Shown here: piece by piece, positions 19,191 to 20,000 of the stretch | Numbering within the stretch: the stretch's first letter is position 1 | How the letters are laid out: each line of letters opens with the position of its first letter | From: Alloascoidea hylecoeti | Taxonomy: Eukaryota | Assembly (NCBI GenBank): GCA_001600815.1 | Contig: BCKZ01000021.1 | Location: 419,352-439,351 of the forward strand | Direction of reading: 5' to 3' | Length of the DNA: 20,000 bases | Position numbers and translations under genes: made by a program | Notes under the pieces: generated by a model | Told to the model about the DNA's origin: nothing | What the model saw: only the letters and a program-made list of their open reading frames with translations | The model's database searches: none

Positions 19191-20000
19191 ATGAGTTCTA
19201 TTCTAGTCATTCTTTTAACATTTTCTACTGCATTAGCAACTGCAAGCAGTTCCTATGATAGTGAGATACCGAGAGAATCGTCATATCAAGCTTCTTTGAA
19301 GCAGATATATACTTTACATTGGTCAAATAGTTCCTCTTCGACCATTGTTCCAACTTATTCATCACCCATAGTTCCCATTAGCAGTGTCAGTACTACAACT
19401 TCATCAGCTATTTACTCATCTTATTCAGAATTTTCCTCTTCTATAAGTTCTTCTTCTGTTTCATCAGAAAGTAGTTTTTTTCAACTGAACTATCATTCTA
19501 TGGTTTCTAGTGAATATAATTCTTTTGGTTCTTTCTCTGGAATTACTTCTAGCACTGCTTCTGCCTCATCGGGAAGTGTTTCTAGCACCTCTTACATTTC
19601 ATCAGGAAGTGTCTCTCTATCTGCTTCCACTTCAACTGACAGTATTTCATCTTACTCCCAAAGTTTGAATGGTACTGAACCTGAATCTGTTGAGGTCATT
19701 ACTTATACTACTGTTGATAGAGAGGCAGTTGGTGATGTTACAAGAACTATAACAACCGCTAACTGCCCAGGTGGATGTACCAAATCTCGTTATTTAACTA
19801 CAAGCAGTTCAGATTCTTCTATTTATCCAAGAAGCTCTAGTTCAGATTCTTCAGATTCTCAAAGTTCAAGTGCTCCAGTTTCTACAGACCNAAGTNGATA
19901 TAGTTCAGTTTCTTCCCATATCACTTCATATACTACTCAAACTGCATTTATTACTACTGATGGATCAACTTACTTAACAACAAAGACTATTCCCTGTAGT
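19191..20000 (+). CDS. Secreted Ser/Thr-rich cell-wall or adhesin/mucin-like protein (3'-truncated)
   Basis: ATG at 19191 and a signal peptide MSSILVILLTFSTALATA. There are 270 codons open to the window end, except two N-containing codons, one of them nGA. The protein is very Ser/Thr-rich, with a CPGGC motif and TTxTI segments. It is absent from the ORF track because no stop codon falls in the window. Confidence 0.8.
   Translation, partial: MSSILVILLTFSTALATASSSYDSEIPRESSYQASLKQIYTLHWSNSSSSTIVPTYSSPIVPISSVSTTTSSAIYSSYSEFSSSISSSSVSSESSFFQLNYHSMVSSEYNSFGSFSGITSSTASASSGSVSSTSYISSGSVSLSASTSTDSISSYSQSLNGTEPESVEVITYTTVDREAVGDVTRTITTANCPGGCTKSRYLTTSSSDSSIYPRSSSSDSSDSQSSSAPVSTDXSXYSSVSSHITSYTTQTAFITTDGSTYLTTKTIPCS

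Noticed and set aside
1..20000. CRISPR arrays, tRNA/rRNA, LTRs or prokaryotic systems
   Set aside because: This is eukaryotic intron-containing DNA; no repeat-spacer pattern, cloverleaf, rRNA motif or long direct repeats were seen.

Overview
AT-rich nuclear DNA from an intron-rich budding yeast (probably an early-diverging Saccharomycotina lineage). The code appears standard, since CTG sits at conserved Leu positions in CCT5. Scattered N calls suggest heterozygous sites. Genes in order: a 5'-truncated Ira1/2 (neurofibromin-like) RasGAP, FMP41/FAHD1, a possible decayed gene remnant, MED4, LIA1 (DOHH), a 4-exon RPA12 missed by the ORF track, 4-exon CCT5, a 3-exon divergent PAC2/Add66-like proteasome assembly chaperone that the ORF track splits, 4-exon NPA3/GPN1, a 2-exon Sso/syntaxin, and the start of a secreted Ser/Thr-rich cell-surface protein. 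The most interesting region is the ORF-free ~17.6-18.95 kb stretch. Folded by hand on the + strand, it shows the ordered architecture of a fungal telomerase RNA: TATA, core-enclosing helix, template-boundary helix, short C/A-rich template, P2/P3 pseudoknot, CR4/5-like three-way junction with a vertebrate-like P6.1 loop, and an Sm site. This would predict a 7-nt telomere repeat, (TATGTGG)n. The call is inferred from manual base-pairing and needs computational and experimental confirmation.
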